A stretch of 64,000 bases of DNA from positions 11,215-75,214 of the forward strand of contig JAGOUZ010000004.1 of assembly GCA_018060985.1 (NCBI GenBank). Direction: 5' to 3'. Below the pieces are notes generated by a model. That model made no database searches and had not been told where the DNA came from. It saw only the letters and a list, made by a program, of their open reading frames with translations. The translations under genes and the position numbers were made by a program. Below, piece by piece: positions 51,737 to 60,685 of this stretch; position 1 is the stretch's first letter; each line of letters starts with the position of its first letter. Source of the stretch: Minisyncoccota bacterium. Its GTDB lineage: Bacteria; Patescibacteriota; Minisyncoccia; Phycocordibacterales; SBAW01.

Positions 51737-52502
51737 CGTAGTTGTTGCTCTTATGTTTGTTCTGCCAAGCAGTGCTTTTGCTGCTGTGCAGATTACTGAG
51801 GTCATGTACGACCTTGGGGGCTCCGATGGCGGTTTTGAGTGGATAGAAGTTACCAATACGGGCGACAGGGCAGTTGATATAGGAAAGTGGAGGCTTTTTG
51901 AGAGTAATACTAACCACAAGCTCACGCTCGCCCAGGGACAAAGCACTGTACTACAGCCAGGTGCTTCTGCAATTATTGCGGATAAGCCGGAGAATTTTTT
52001 GTCGCACTGGCCAAATGCAGCACTTGTCTTTGATAGTGCATTTTCTCTCTCGAATACCGGTGAGAGTGTGGCGCTAAAAAATAGAACAGACCTTGTTGAC
52101 CAGATTTCTTACACGTCAGAACTTGGTGCAAAAGGGGATGGCGGTTCGCTCCATCGAAAAGATGAAAGTCTAGTTGCGGCGTTGCCAAATCCAGGACTAT
52201 TTCCGGGGGAGCTGCGTCCAGTTCCTGCAAAGCAAAGTGCCGCTTCTGCAAAACCAACAACTTCAGGCGTTCAAAAGCAAAACAACAATGAAGATGCTTC
52301 AAAGGTAGGAACAGTGCAGGTTGCCGCGTCCAGTGCCGCACAAAGCAGCAATTCACTATTGCCCTGGATCTTAGGGCTTATCAGTGTGATGGGTATCGGC
52401 ATAGCGGCCGTATTGTTGACTAGATTTGAGCAGCCTAAACGAGAAACTTTAAGTCCGTCAGATGAGTTTGAGATCGTTGATGCAACAGGGAAAAAGCTGT
52501 AG
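51708..52502 (+). CDS. Secreted lamin-tail-domain (LTD) protein with a C-terminal TM anchor
   Basis: Signal peptide, then ITEVMYDLGGSDGGFEWIEVTNTGDRAVDIGKWRL (LTD signature), a Ser/Ala/Gln-rich linker, and a C-terminal TM helix (LLPWILGLISVMGIGIAAVLL). Confidence 0.6.
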   Translation: MKSTKNILRSVVVALMFVLPSSAFAAVQITEVMYDLGGSDGGFEWIEVTNTGDRAVDIGKWRLFESNTNHKLTLAQGQSTVLQPGASAIIADKPENFLSHWPNAALVFDSAFSLSNTGESVALKNRTDLVDQISYTSELGAKGDGGSLHRKDESLVAALPNPGLFPGELRPVPAKQSAASAKPTTSGVQKQNNNEDASKVGTVQVAASSAAQSSNSLLPWILGLISVMGIGIAAVLLTRFEQPKRETLSPSDEFEIVDATGKKL

Positions 52503-52513
52503 ATTAAGACTGA

Positions 52514-53362
52514 ATGGCTAACAAAACTATAGTTGTAACAGGTGGGGCGGGCTTTATTGGCTCGCATCTATGCGAAGCGTTACAAAAAGCTGGACATAGG
52601 GTTATTTCACTCGATAATTACTTTGTTGGTTCTAAAGATAATCATGTTGCGGGTGTTGAGTATCGCGCGGGTCACACAAAAGATATCGCAACGCTCATTC
52701 CCGAGTCTCCCGACTTGGTGTATCACCTGGGAGAATACTCGCGCGTAGAAATTTCTCTCACTGAACCCGACAAGGTGTGGGATCTTAATACCCAGGGGAC
52801 ATGTGGTGTACTTGAGTTTTGGCGCAATCGCAAATGCAAACTCGTATACGCCGGTTCTTCAACTAAATTTGGAGATGGAGGTTTAGGGCGTCTGCAGTCT
52901 CCATATGCTTGGAGTAAGGCTAGTAATACAGAGCTCGTGGGAAACTATGGCCGTTGGTACAACCTTCCCTATGCCATAACTTATTTTTACAATGTGTATG
53001 GACCAAGAGAACGTCCCGCGCATGAATACGGTACTCTTATCGAAACTTTTCGACGTCAGATGAAATCGGGTAACGTTTTAACGGTTGTCTCACCGGGTAC
53101 ACAAAAGAGAAATTTTACGCATGTGAAGGATATCGTGGAAGGCCTTTTAGCTATTGGCGAACGCGGTGAAGGAGACGAATATGGACTTGGGGCTGAAGAA
53201 TCCTTCTCTGTCCTCGAGGTTGCGAAATTGTTTGGAGGAAGTATAGAAATGCTTCCCGAACGGGCAGGGAATCGTATGGACTCAACACTCGACACTGCAA
53301 AATCTCGAGCTCTCGGATGGTCGGCTAGGCACAAGCTTGGCGACTACATAAGGGCTATATGA
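52514..53362 (+). CDS. NAD-dependent epimerase/dehydratase (extended SDR; UDP-glucuronate decarboxylase / dTDP-glucose 4,6-dehydratase-like)
   Basis: TIVVTGGAGFIGSHLCEAL is a Rossmann motif. 282 aa. Confidence 0.7.
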   Translation: MANKTIVVTGGAGFIGSHLCEALQKAGHRVISLDNYFVGSKDNHVAGVEYRAGHTKDIATLIPESPDLVYHLGEYSRVEISLTEPDKVWDLNTQGTCGVLEFWRNRKCKLVYAGSSTKFGDGGLGRLQSPYAWSKASNTELVGNYGRWYNLPYAITYFYNVYGPRERPAHEYGTLIETFRRQMKSGNVLTVVSPGTQKRNFTHVKDIVEGLLAIGERGEGDEYGLGAEESFSVLEVAKLFGGSIEMLPERAGNRMDSTLDTAKSRALGWSARHKLGDYIRAI

Positions 53363-54489
53363 AAAAAGTACTTATTTTTTCTCTTGCCTATTACCCGCAT
53401 GTGGGTGGGGCAGAGATTGCGGTAAAAGAAATTACCGACCGGCTTTCTCCTCAGGAGTTTGAGTTCCATATGGTAACGATGCGTTTTAGTCGTACAGAAC
53501 CGAGGATAGAAAAGATCGGCACTGTGTTGGTGCATCGGATTGGGCCAGGAGGCCGCCTAGGTAAGTTGCTTTTTCAGTTCACGGCATATCTTAAAGCCAA
53601 CGCATTGCATAAAACATATCACTACAGCGCCATATGGGCGCTTATGGCACACTCAAGTGGCATACCGGCAGGACTTTTTAAAAAGAAGCATAAAAAGGTC
53701 TTTTACTTTTTGAATCTTCAGGAAGGAGATCCTCTCCAGCATATTGAGCGCACAATGCGACCGTTATGGCCACTTTTTGTTCAGGGCTTTAGACGTGCCG
53801 ATCTCGTACAGCCGCTCTCAAATTTTCTTGCCAATTGGGCGCGTAAGATGGGATATACGGGCCCTATTGAAATTATTCCTAACGGAGTAGACCTTAAACG
53901 GTTTGTTGGCGAACCTATTTCGCATGAGGGAACGGTGCTTATTACTACCTCGCGCTTGGTACATAAGAATGCAGTGGATGATGTTATTCGCGCCCTGCCA
54001 CTTCTTCCATCAAACATACGCTTCAAAATTTTAGGTACGGGACCTGATGAAGCCATGCTTCGAGCTCTTGTAAAAGAGAAGGGAGTGGAGAATCGTGTTG
54101 AGTTTGTGGGTCATGTGGTTCATGCAGAAATGCCTGCGCACCTGCATGCAGCAGATATATTTATACGACCAAGCCGCTCAGAGGGTCAGGGGTCATCATT
54201 TATTGAAGCTATGGCAGCCGGACTTCCCGTTATTGCAACGCAAGAAGGCGGCATTGCTGATTTCTTATTTGATACAAAGCGTAATCCAGAGAAAGAGCCA
54301 ACCGGTTGGGTAGTAGATAAAAATAATCCTGAGCAAATAGCTCAAGCGGTCAACGATATTCTCGAACATTCTGACCAAACTAAGCGTGTCATAACTACTG
54401 CAAAAAGAAGGGCGGAAGGGCATTATAGCTGGGATATAATCGTACGCGACATGCAGGAGAAAGTGTTTTCTCGTGCTTCTCAAAATTGA
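53359..54489 (+). CDS. Glycosyltransferase family 4
   Basis: KVLIFSLAYYPHVGGAEIAV at the N-terminus and C-terminal GT4 motifs (RPSRSEGQGSSFIEAMAAGLPVIATQEGGIADF). Confidence 0.75.
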   Translation: MKKVLIFSLAYYPHVGGAEIAVKEITDRLSPQEFEFHMVTMRFSRTEPRIEKIGTVLVHRIGPGGRLGKLLFQFTAYLKANALHKTYHYSAIWALMAHSSGIPAGLFKKKHKKVFYFLNLQEGDPLQHIERTMRPLWPLFVQGFRRADLVQPLSNFLANWARKMGYTGPIEIIPNGVDLKRFVGEPISHEGTVLITTSRLVHKNAVDDVIRALPLLPSNIRFKILGTGPDEAMLRALVKEKGVENRVEFVGHVVHAEMPAHLHAADIFIRPSRSEGQGSSFIEAMAAGLPVIATQEGGIADFLFDTKRNPEKEPTGWVVDKNNPEQIAQAVNDILEHSDQTKRVITTAKRRAEGHYSWDIIVRDMQEKVFSRASQN

Positions 54490-54553
54490 AATAATCCTAT
54501 AGCCCAGGGTAGACTGGCTTCAGACGTACACAGCCCTGAGAGAGGAGTGGCGC

Positions 54554-56041
54554 ATGAGCGCACATATTTGCCTTATCATTCCGCCGTCGCCATTTTTGCT
54601 CGACGAGCGTGTGTTTCCCTTCCTGGGGATCTTGAAAGTGGCTGCCGCGCTCGAAAGGGCGGGGCAACAGGTAGAAGTTCTTGACCTCTCGGGGTACAAG
54701 AACTATCTCGATGCAGTTGCTGAGCATGTGCGAACAACCACGGCTACAGCTTTTGGCATTACGGCTACCACGCCGCAGATGCCTGCCGCTGCCCATATTG
54801 CACAAACCATTCGTGGAATAAAACCGGCTTCGCGGATTATTCTTGGTGGTACGCACGCGACCTTGGTCGCCGCGTCCCTCAAGAGTGATAACAAGCGTGG
54901 CCGTGTGGGCCGTGCCCATCGCGCCTTCGCACAACTGGAGAGCTATTTCGACGTCGTGATCGCAGGAGACGGGGAACGTTCAATTTTCCTCGCGATTCAA
55001 GACACCTCGCCGAAATTCATCGATGCTGACAACAGCAAGGACTCGACTCTCTTTCTCAAAGACAGTGTAAGCGAACTTGAGGAAGTGTTTCCGGCCCGGC
55101 ATCTCATTGACATCGAAAGCTATCACTATCAGATCGAAGGGCAGCGAGCGACGTCGCTTATTGCCCAACTCGGCTGCCCATTTCCGTGCGGGTTCTGCGG
55201 TGGACGTAAGTCCCCCATGCTGCGGCATATCCGTACACGCAGCACGGCAAGTATCATTGAGGAGATGGTGCAGGTGTATCGCCACTACGGGCACACCGGC
55301 TTCATGTTCTATGATGACGAGCTCAATGTGTCGACCTCTATGGTCGATCTCATGCAAGCTATTGCTCGCACCCAAAAAGACCTGGGTGTGGAGTGGCGGT
55401 TGCGCGGATTCATCAAATCGGAGCTGTTCACTGACGAGCAGGCCGAGGCGATGTATGAAGCCGGCTTTCGCTGGATATTGGTTGGGTTTGAATCGGGGTC
55501 ACCCCGCATACTCGAAAATATCCGCAAACAAGCTACACAAGAAGACAACACGACATGCATGGATATCGCTCGGCGCCATGGCCTCAAGGTTAAAGCCCTG
55601 ATGTCGCTCGGTCACCCAGGCGAATCACCTGACACTATTCGCTCAACGCAGGACTGGCTCGTTGAGGTCCGCCCGGCAGACTTCGATGCCACCATCATCA
55701 CTCCGTACCCCGGGTCGCCCTACTACGACGACGCGGAGGCAACAAGTGAAGATGGTGTTTGGGTCTACACTACCCGCAATGGCGATACGCTCTACGAGCG
55801 TGAGGTCGACTACACAGAAGTGGCAGATTACTACAAGGGCAAGCCGGGAGAGAATTATGTGAGCCATGTGTGGACCGACTCACTTTCTCCCGAAGATCTT
55901 GTCAGGGCACGCGACTCGCTTGAACAAGAGGTTCGAACTCAGCTGAACATCTCGTTCAATCCGGGTGCGGCAGCCATGCTCTACGAGCATTCGATGGGAC
56001 AGAGTAATCTCCCTGATCAGATGCTGCGAACGAGCTCTTAA
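54554..56041 (+). CDS. B12-binding domain radical SAM enzyme (class B radical SAM)
   Basis: N-terminal cobalamin-binding-like Rossmann half (ICLIIPPSPFLLDERVFPFLGILKVAAALERAGQQVEVLDLS) and a CxxxCxxC cluster motif (CPFPCGFCGG). GC is slightly higher than the neighbours. Confidence 0.65.
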   Translation: MSAHICLIIPPSPFLLDERVFPFLGILKVAAALERAGQQVEVLDLSGYKNYLDAVAEHVRTTTATAFGITATTPQMPAAAHIAQTIRGIKPASRIILGGTHATLVAASLKSDNKRGRVGRAHRAFAQLESYFDVVIAGDGERSIFLAIQDTSPKFIDADNSKDSTLFLKDSVSELEEVFPARHLIDIESYHYQIEGQRATSLIAQLGCPFPCGFCGGRKSPMLRHIRTRSTASIIEEMVQVYRHYGHTGFMFYDDELNVSTSMVDLMQAIARTQKDLGVEWRLRGFIKSELFTDEQAEAMYEAGFRWILVGFESGSPRILENIRKQATQEDNTTCMDIARRHGLKVKALMSLGHPGESPDTIRSTQDWLVEVRPADFDATIITPYPGSPYYDDAEATSEDGVWVYTTRNGDTLYEREVDYTEVADYYKGKPGENYVSHVWTDSLSPEDLVRARDSLEQEVRTQLNISFNPGAAAMLYEHSMGQSNLPDQMLRTSS

Positions 56042-56046
56042 ACGAT

Positions 56047-56079
56047 CCTCCCCGGGTAACTCTGGGGAGGACTTCTTTT
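56047..56079 (+). terminator. Terminator-like hairpin after the radical SAM gene
   Basis: CCTCCCC-gggtaactct-GGGGAGG followed by ACTTCTTTTA. Confidence 0.45.
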
Positions 56080-56097
56080 AATCGAGCCTATGTTAGG

Positions 56098-57117
56098 ATG
56101 CCTGGTATGCCAATAAAGCTCTTTCTTGCCCCGGTCACCATGGAGGGGCGGGGGATACTTATAGACAATAGTAATAGCCGGCTCCAGAGTGACTTTAAGA
56201 GCTTTCAATTTACGGATCAGGTGGAAAAATGCGACTTTGTGGTGATGCCGAAATCAATTGCAAAGGTAAGTCGTGCACAGAAGTCGTTACAAGAAGCTCG
56301 CACATTTGCAGATAAAAATAACAAGAAACTGATAGTGTTTTATTATGGCGATCATTCGTACAAAGAACATGTGCCGGGCGTTATTTCATTTAAGTGGTCA
56401 GCACATGGCCACGATAAGCTTCCTGAAGAAGTTATTACTCCGGTATTTTGTCAGGATCTCGCAAAAGAACGCGCGTTAACGTGGCGCCATAAAAGTGAAA
56501 GGCCTAGCGTTGCCTTTTGCGGGTTTGCAGATCTGCCCTCTACTAAGACTGCAATAAAATATCATACCGAAAATATCTGGCTCAATGTGCTATCTGTAGT
56601 GACAGGAAATCCGCAGATACGGGCGCAAAAGCGCGGACTGTATTTCAGGCGTAAAGCAATGAGGATGCTTAGGAGAGACTCGCGTATCGACACACGGTTT
56701 ATGGTGCGCTCCGCATATTTTAATCAAATTCAAGCGCCCCCGCAGACTCTTCGTGATGAATATCTGGACAATATGCATGACGCAGACTTTATCCTGGCCC
56801 CAAGAGGGGATGCAAATATTTCTACGCGCTTTTTTGAGGCCCTCTCTCTCGGGCGCATACCTATACTTATAGATACCGATTGCGTTTTGCCGCTTGAAAA
56901 ACATATAGACTACAGTACATTTATTTTGCGCATACCTCATACAGAAATGCATACACTACCTGACCGTGTATACGAGGTGTTTCGGTCGCTCTCTGACGAA
57001 GAGTTTGTTGCCATGCAACAGCGAGCTCGCGAAGCATACATTACCTACTTTGAGGTGCAGTCGTTTTTTGACTTCGTATTTCCAATCTTACAAGATAAAG
57101 GTCCGGAAGCATTGTAA
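56098..57117 (+). CDS. Exostosin-like (GT47 family) glycosyltransferase, soluble
   Basis: The C-terminal region (APRGDANISTRFFEALSLGRIPILIDTDCVLPLEKHIDYSTFILRIPHTEM) matches the GT47/exostosin motif (R.DS.R.fEAL..GcIPVii.D..vLPf). No TM segment. Confidence 0.5.
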   Translation: MPGMPIKLFLAPVTMEGRGILIDNSNSRLQSDFKSFQFTDQVEKCDFVVMPKSIAKVSRAQKSLQEARTFADKNNKKLIVFYYGDHSYKEHVPGVISFKWSAHGHDKLPEEVITPVFCQDLAKERALTWRHKSERPSVAFCGFADLPSTKTAIKYHTENIWLNVLSVVTGNPQIRAQKRGLYFRRKAMRMLRRDSRIDTRFMVRSAYFNQIQAPPQTLRDEYLDNMHDADFILAPRGDANISTRFFEALSLGRIPILIDTDCVLPLEKHIDYSTFILRIPHTEMHTLPDRVYEVFRSLSDEEFVAMQQRAREAYITYFEVQSFFDFVFPILQDKGPEAL

Positions 57118-57128
57118 ACTAAGAGGAT

Positions 57129-58775
57129 ATGTATTACGCGCTTATCGGTATATTGGTAGCGGGGTTATTGCTGCGTCTGGCTGGAGTGGTCTATGGCCTT
57201 CCTCTCGATCTTCTGGGAGATGAGTTTGCACACATTGTTGCCTCTTTTTCGTTTCTTAACGAAATGACCCTACGTTCACTTTCGCCCTTGGTGTATGTCC
57301 CATCGCTCATGGGGGTGCTTATAACGCCGTTCATTGTGTTGTTTGGAGGCATTGGCATGGTGACCGGCATGTTTGTCGGTGTAGCAGGGTTCAAAGAGTT
57401 TGCCATTTTACACGCCTCAGAATTTCTTTCAGTTGGACGAGTTATTTCTGCACTGTTTGGTGTCGGCTTTATCTACCTTATATATCTTCTCGCGCGTCCG
57501 CTTGCTGGTAGATGGCCAGCGCTCATTGCTGCAGGGCTTGCCTCAGCTGACTTTTGGTTGGTTCACGAGTCGCACAAGGCACATTTCTGGATACCGGCAG
57601 TTACGCTGGTAGCGTTAGCGTTTTACTTATTAATTAAAATGGCGGAAAGCGGCCGCGTACGTTATTACTGGAGTTCGGTTGCTACAATAGCTCTCGCTTT
57701 TTGGATGGGCTTTTTCCCAATTATTGTTGCACCGTTTTTCTTGCTCGCCTTTATTCATTCGCGAGTACGAAGGTTCTCCCACTTTTTATATGCGGGGACG
57801 TTTTTCGTTGCTCTAATAGGGTTGATAGGTTGGCTTAACCCACTGAGTGTTGTGAGGCAGTTTGGGCGGGCAATACGCAGTGCACTTAATGCAATAGGGC
57901 TGGACGTATTTCCTCAATTTGTGGGTCCAAGCGACAAAGCAACAGAGCCTCTAGAAAATCTGTACTTCTTGCTCCGTACGCTTTTTTGGGACAATCCGTT
58001 TGTGTTTGTCCTCGGTGCATTGGGTCTAGGCTTTATGTTGTACAAACTTTCGTGGCGTTCATTTACCGTACAATTGCTATTTGGCTTTTTTGCGCTGTAC
58101 CTTTGTCTCGCAACTTTTGTCTGGCCGCACCCAGACCATCGCTATATGCTCCCGCTCCTCATTCCGCTCCTCATCGGTACTGCGTACATTCTTTCTGCGC
58201 TGTATGAAAAATTCAAAACGACTCGCTGGGTAATGCCCGCAGGCGCAGTAGTTTTGGTGGTGGTTTTTAGCTACTCACTGTATGTCACTCTCCGGTATGA
58301 CGCACTGATGTTGAAGCCAGACACGCGCATCTTGGCGAGGGAGTGGGTGTTTGAACACGTGCCAGACGGGGCAGGGGTGTATACCGATGCGCGTTACTTC
58401 GATCTACCTAAAAGCAAGGATTCAATAATCTTCTATAGCGCTGAGTTGCCCACAGCTCTGCGCACAAAAGATGAAGTAGCTCTTACCTTACAAGGCGACG
58501 CGTTTCCTCGCCCAGCTTATTTTGTGGTGGACAGTCAGTATGTCTCGCAGTTAGGAAATAAAACACCGCGCTATTCGTATATCGTGGCTGGATTTTCTAG
58601 GCTAGAGGAGCGTATGCAGATTCCAGCAGGCTTTACGTTGGTGCAAACCTACTATCCGCAGCCTCCGCAAGAGCCACTAGATGATCTCCTTTTGGCTCCT
58701 AACCATATTTTCACATCAGTAGGAAAATATACGAACCTGGGTCCTCATATTGAGATTTATAAGCGCGTAGAGTAG
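57129..58775 (+). CDS. GT-C fold polyprenyl-phosphate-sugar-dependent glycosyltransferase (ArnT/PMT, GT39/GT83-like)
   Basis: 548 aa with 11-13 TM segments. The first periplasmic loop carries DE (LLGDEFAH), typical of GT-C catalytic loops. Confidence 0.55.
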   Translation: MYYALIGILVAGLLLRLAGVVYGLPLDLLGDEFAHIVASFSFLNEMTLRSLSPLVYVPSLMGVLITPFIVLFGGIGMVTGMFVGVAGFKEFAILHASEFLSVGRVISALFGVGFIYLIYLLARPLAGRWPALIAAGLASADFWLVHESHKAHFWIPAVTLVALAFYLLIKMAESGRVRYYWSSVATIALAFWMGFFPIIVAPFFLLAFIHSRVRRFSHFLYAGTFFVALIGLIGWLNPLSVVRQFGRAIRSALNAIGLDVFPQFVGPSDKATEPLENLYFLLRTLFWDNPFVFVLGALGLGFMLYKLSWRSFTVQLLFGFFALYLCLATFVWPHPDHRYMLPLLIPLLIGTAYILSALYEKFKTTRWVMPAGAVVLVVVFSYSLYVTLRYDALMLKPDTRILAREWVFEHVPDGAGVYTDARYFDLPKSKDSIIFYSAELPTALRTKDEVALTLQGDAFPRPAYFVVDSQYVSQLGNKTPRYSYIVAGFSRLEERMQIPAGFTLVQTYYPQPPQEPLDDLLLAPNHIFTSVGKYTNLGPHIEIYKRVE

Positions 58776-58784
58776 GATGAGTTA

Positions 58785-59723
58785 ATGGCTCACGAGGAAA
58801 ATCCGCTCCTGTCAATCGTGGTTCCCGTCTATAACGAACGGGAGAGTATTCTGCCGCTCTATGAGGAAATTAAGGCAGCACTTGTCTCCTTGCCGCACAC
58901 TGAAATTATTTTTATCGACGACGGCTCAAGAGATGGCACGCTGGATATATTGAAGAGTCTTCAGGGCGTTAGTGTTATCTCTTTTGTACGAAATTACGGC
59001 AAATCAAAGGCTCTTGAGGCGGGCTTTCACGAAGCGCGGGGTAATTACATTATTACGCTCGACGGGGACTTGCAGGATGATCCGGCAGAGATCCCACGCT
59101 TTTTGTGGGCGCTCCAAGATGGTAGCGACTTGGTTACAGGCTGGAAGGTGCATCGCAGGGACCCCTTTGAAAAGCGCTTTGTATCTAAAATTGCAAACGG
59201 AGTAACGCGCATCCTTGCAGGAAGTCCGGTGCATGACATGAATTGCGGCTTTAAGGGATATAAAGCAGAGGTTGCGAAAGGTCTTCAGTTTTTTGGGGAC
59301 ATGCACCGATACATTCCTGCTGTGGTACTACATCAGGGGTATGTTGTAAGCGAAATTCCCATCAATCATCGAGAGCGCAAGTTCGGACACTCTAAGTACG
59401 GCGTATGGCGTCTATTTGCGGGGTTCTTTGATTTGCTCACGCTCCTGTTTATTCGCCGTTTCTTTGACCGGCCGATGCACTTTTTTGGTGTATCCGGCAT
59501 TCTTGCGGGTGGAGCGGGTAGTGTCGTTTTGATCTATTTGGCGTGGCTGCGGCTCGAATTGGGCGAAACTATTGGCAACCGGCCGTTGTTATTTTTAGGC
59601 ATACTGCTAGTGGTAGTGGGCTTTCAACTTCTTTCCCTCGGGCTTATTAGTGAGCTCATGGTCCGCCAGCGCGACAGTGTTCCTACGCCCACCAGATTCG
59701 TGCGCCGTCCACATCAGCCATGA
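58785..59723 (+). CDS. GT2 polyprenyl-phosphate glycosyltransferase (ArnC/GtrB/DPM1-like)
   Basis: LSIVVPVYNERESI...IIFIDDGSRDGT...YIITLDGDLQDDP with two C-terminal TM helices. Confidence 0.8.
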   Translation: MAHEENPLLSIVVPVYNERESILPLYEEIKAALVSLPHTEIIFIDDGSRDGTLDILKSLQGVSVISFVRNYGKSKALEAGFHEARGNYIITLDGDLQDDPAEIPRFLWALQDGSDLVTGWKVHRRDPFEKRFVSKIANGVTRILAGSPVHDMNCGFKGYKAEVAKGLQFFGDMHRYIPAVVLHQGYVVSEIPINHRERKFGHSKYGVWRLFAGFFDLLTLLFIRRFFDRPMHFFGVSGILAGGAGSVVLIYLAWLRLELGETIGNRPLLFLGILLVVVGFQLLSLGLISELMVRQRDSVPTPTRFVRRPHQP

Positions 59724-60685
59724 TTGCTCGCTATCGTAAGTTTGTCATTAAGCTCGTTATTACGGGTCTCGTTTTGTTTTTGCTGTTTTCTGCGGTTGAT
59801 ATTAAAGCGGTCGGGGCGCACATTACTGATGTATCTCTTGGCACTATTGCGCTGGCCGGGCTTTGCTACATTGCTGCAACACTCATAAGTACCGTACGTT
59901 GGGCACTGTTGCTGCGCGTACAAGGCGTTTCATTACCGTTCAGGCATTTGATTGCGTACAATGTGTCTTACACTTTTTACTCGCTTGTGTTACCGGGAGG
60001 CAAAGTTGCCGCAGAAGCGGTGCGGGTCTATCAGATTGCGCGCGATGCCAAAGATGACGATGTGCGAGGGAAGGTAATATTCCCAACACTTCTGGACCGG
60101 GCGAGCGCCGTGTTTGCCGCAGCTATTGTAGCTATTACCTACTTTGCTTTTGCAGGCGCTGAAGCGCTTGCCGAATTGCCCACATGGTTTCCGTATGCGG
60201 CCATTGTACTGATTATTCTTATTGTATTAAGTGTATTTTTGCCCGTCGAAAAGATACTCAAGCCCCTTTTCGGTATGCCTTCCCAAGGAAAAACGTCCTC
60301 CACTCTTGCGTCGCTAACCGCAGCTCTCCAAATATATCGCACGCATCCTTTTATTTTGGGTGCCACCGCTGCGCTTTCTTTTTTGATGCTTGCTACGATA
60401 AGTGTAGGTGTGTGGGTTATTGCAGCATCGCTCGGGTACTATCTGCCATTTGTGCTTATCTTCGGGATATTTTCAACGAGCATGGTGGCGGCGTTCTTAC
60501 CTCTTACCGTTGCAGGGGTAGGGATTCGTGAGGGAACCTTTGCGTATGTCCTGGCCGCAGCTTCTTCAGTTTCGATAGAGGCAGCCCTCTCAATTTCTCT
60601 CATTGCTCTTATTTCTTCGCATATAGTTACACTGTGTGGTGGATTGGTAGAATTTCACCGACATTTTTTGCAAAAATCTCTATGA
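59720..60685 (+). CDS. UPF0104 / lysylphosphatidylglycerol-synthase-TM-like flippase-like membrane protein
   Basis: About 8 TM segments. Overlapping start/stop with the GT2 gene. This family usually partners ArnC-like GT2 enzymes. Confidence 0.55.
   Translation: MIARYRKFVIKLVITGLVLFLLFSAVDIKAVGAHITDVSLGTIALAGLCYIAATLISTVRWALLLRVQGVSLPFRHLIAYNVSYTFYSLVLPGGKVAAEAVRVYQIARDAKDDDVRGKVIFPTLLDRASAVFAAAIVAITYFAFAGAEALAELPTWFPYAAIVLIILIVLSVFLPVEKILKPLFGMPSQGKTSSTLASLTAALQIYRTHPFILGATAALSFLMLATISVGVWVIAASLGYYLPFVLIFGIFSTSMVAAFLPLTVAGVGIREGTFAYVLAAASSVSIEAALSISLIALISSHIVTLCGGLVEFHRHFLQKSL

Noticed and set aside
51414-51946. 175-aa and 86-aa minus-strand ORFs antisense to the 3' end of the ATPase gene and the start of the LTD gene
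   Set aside because: They overlap two well-supported plus-strand genes and show no domain signature.
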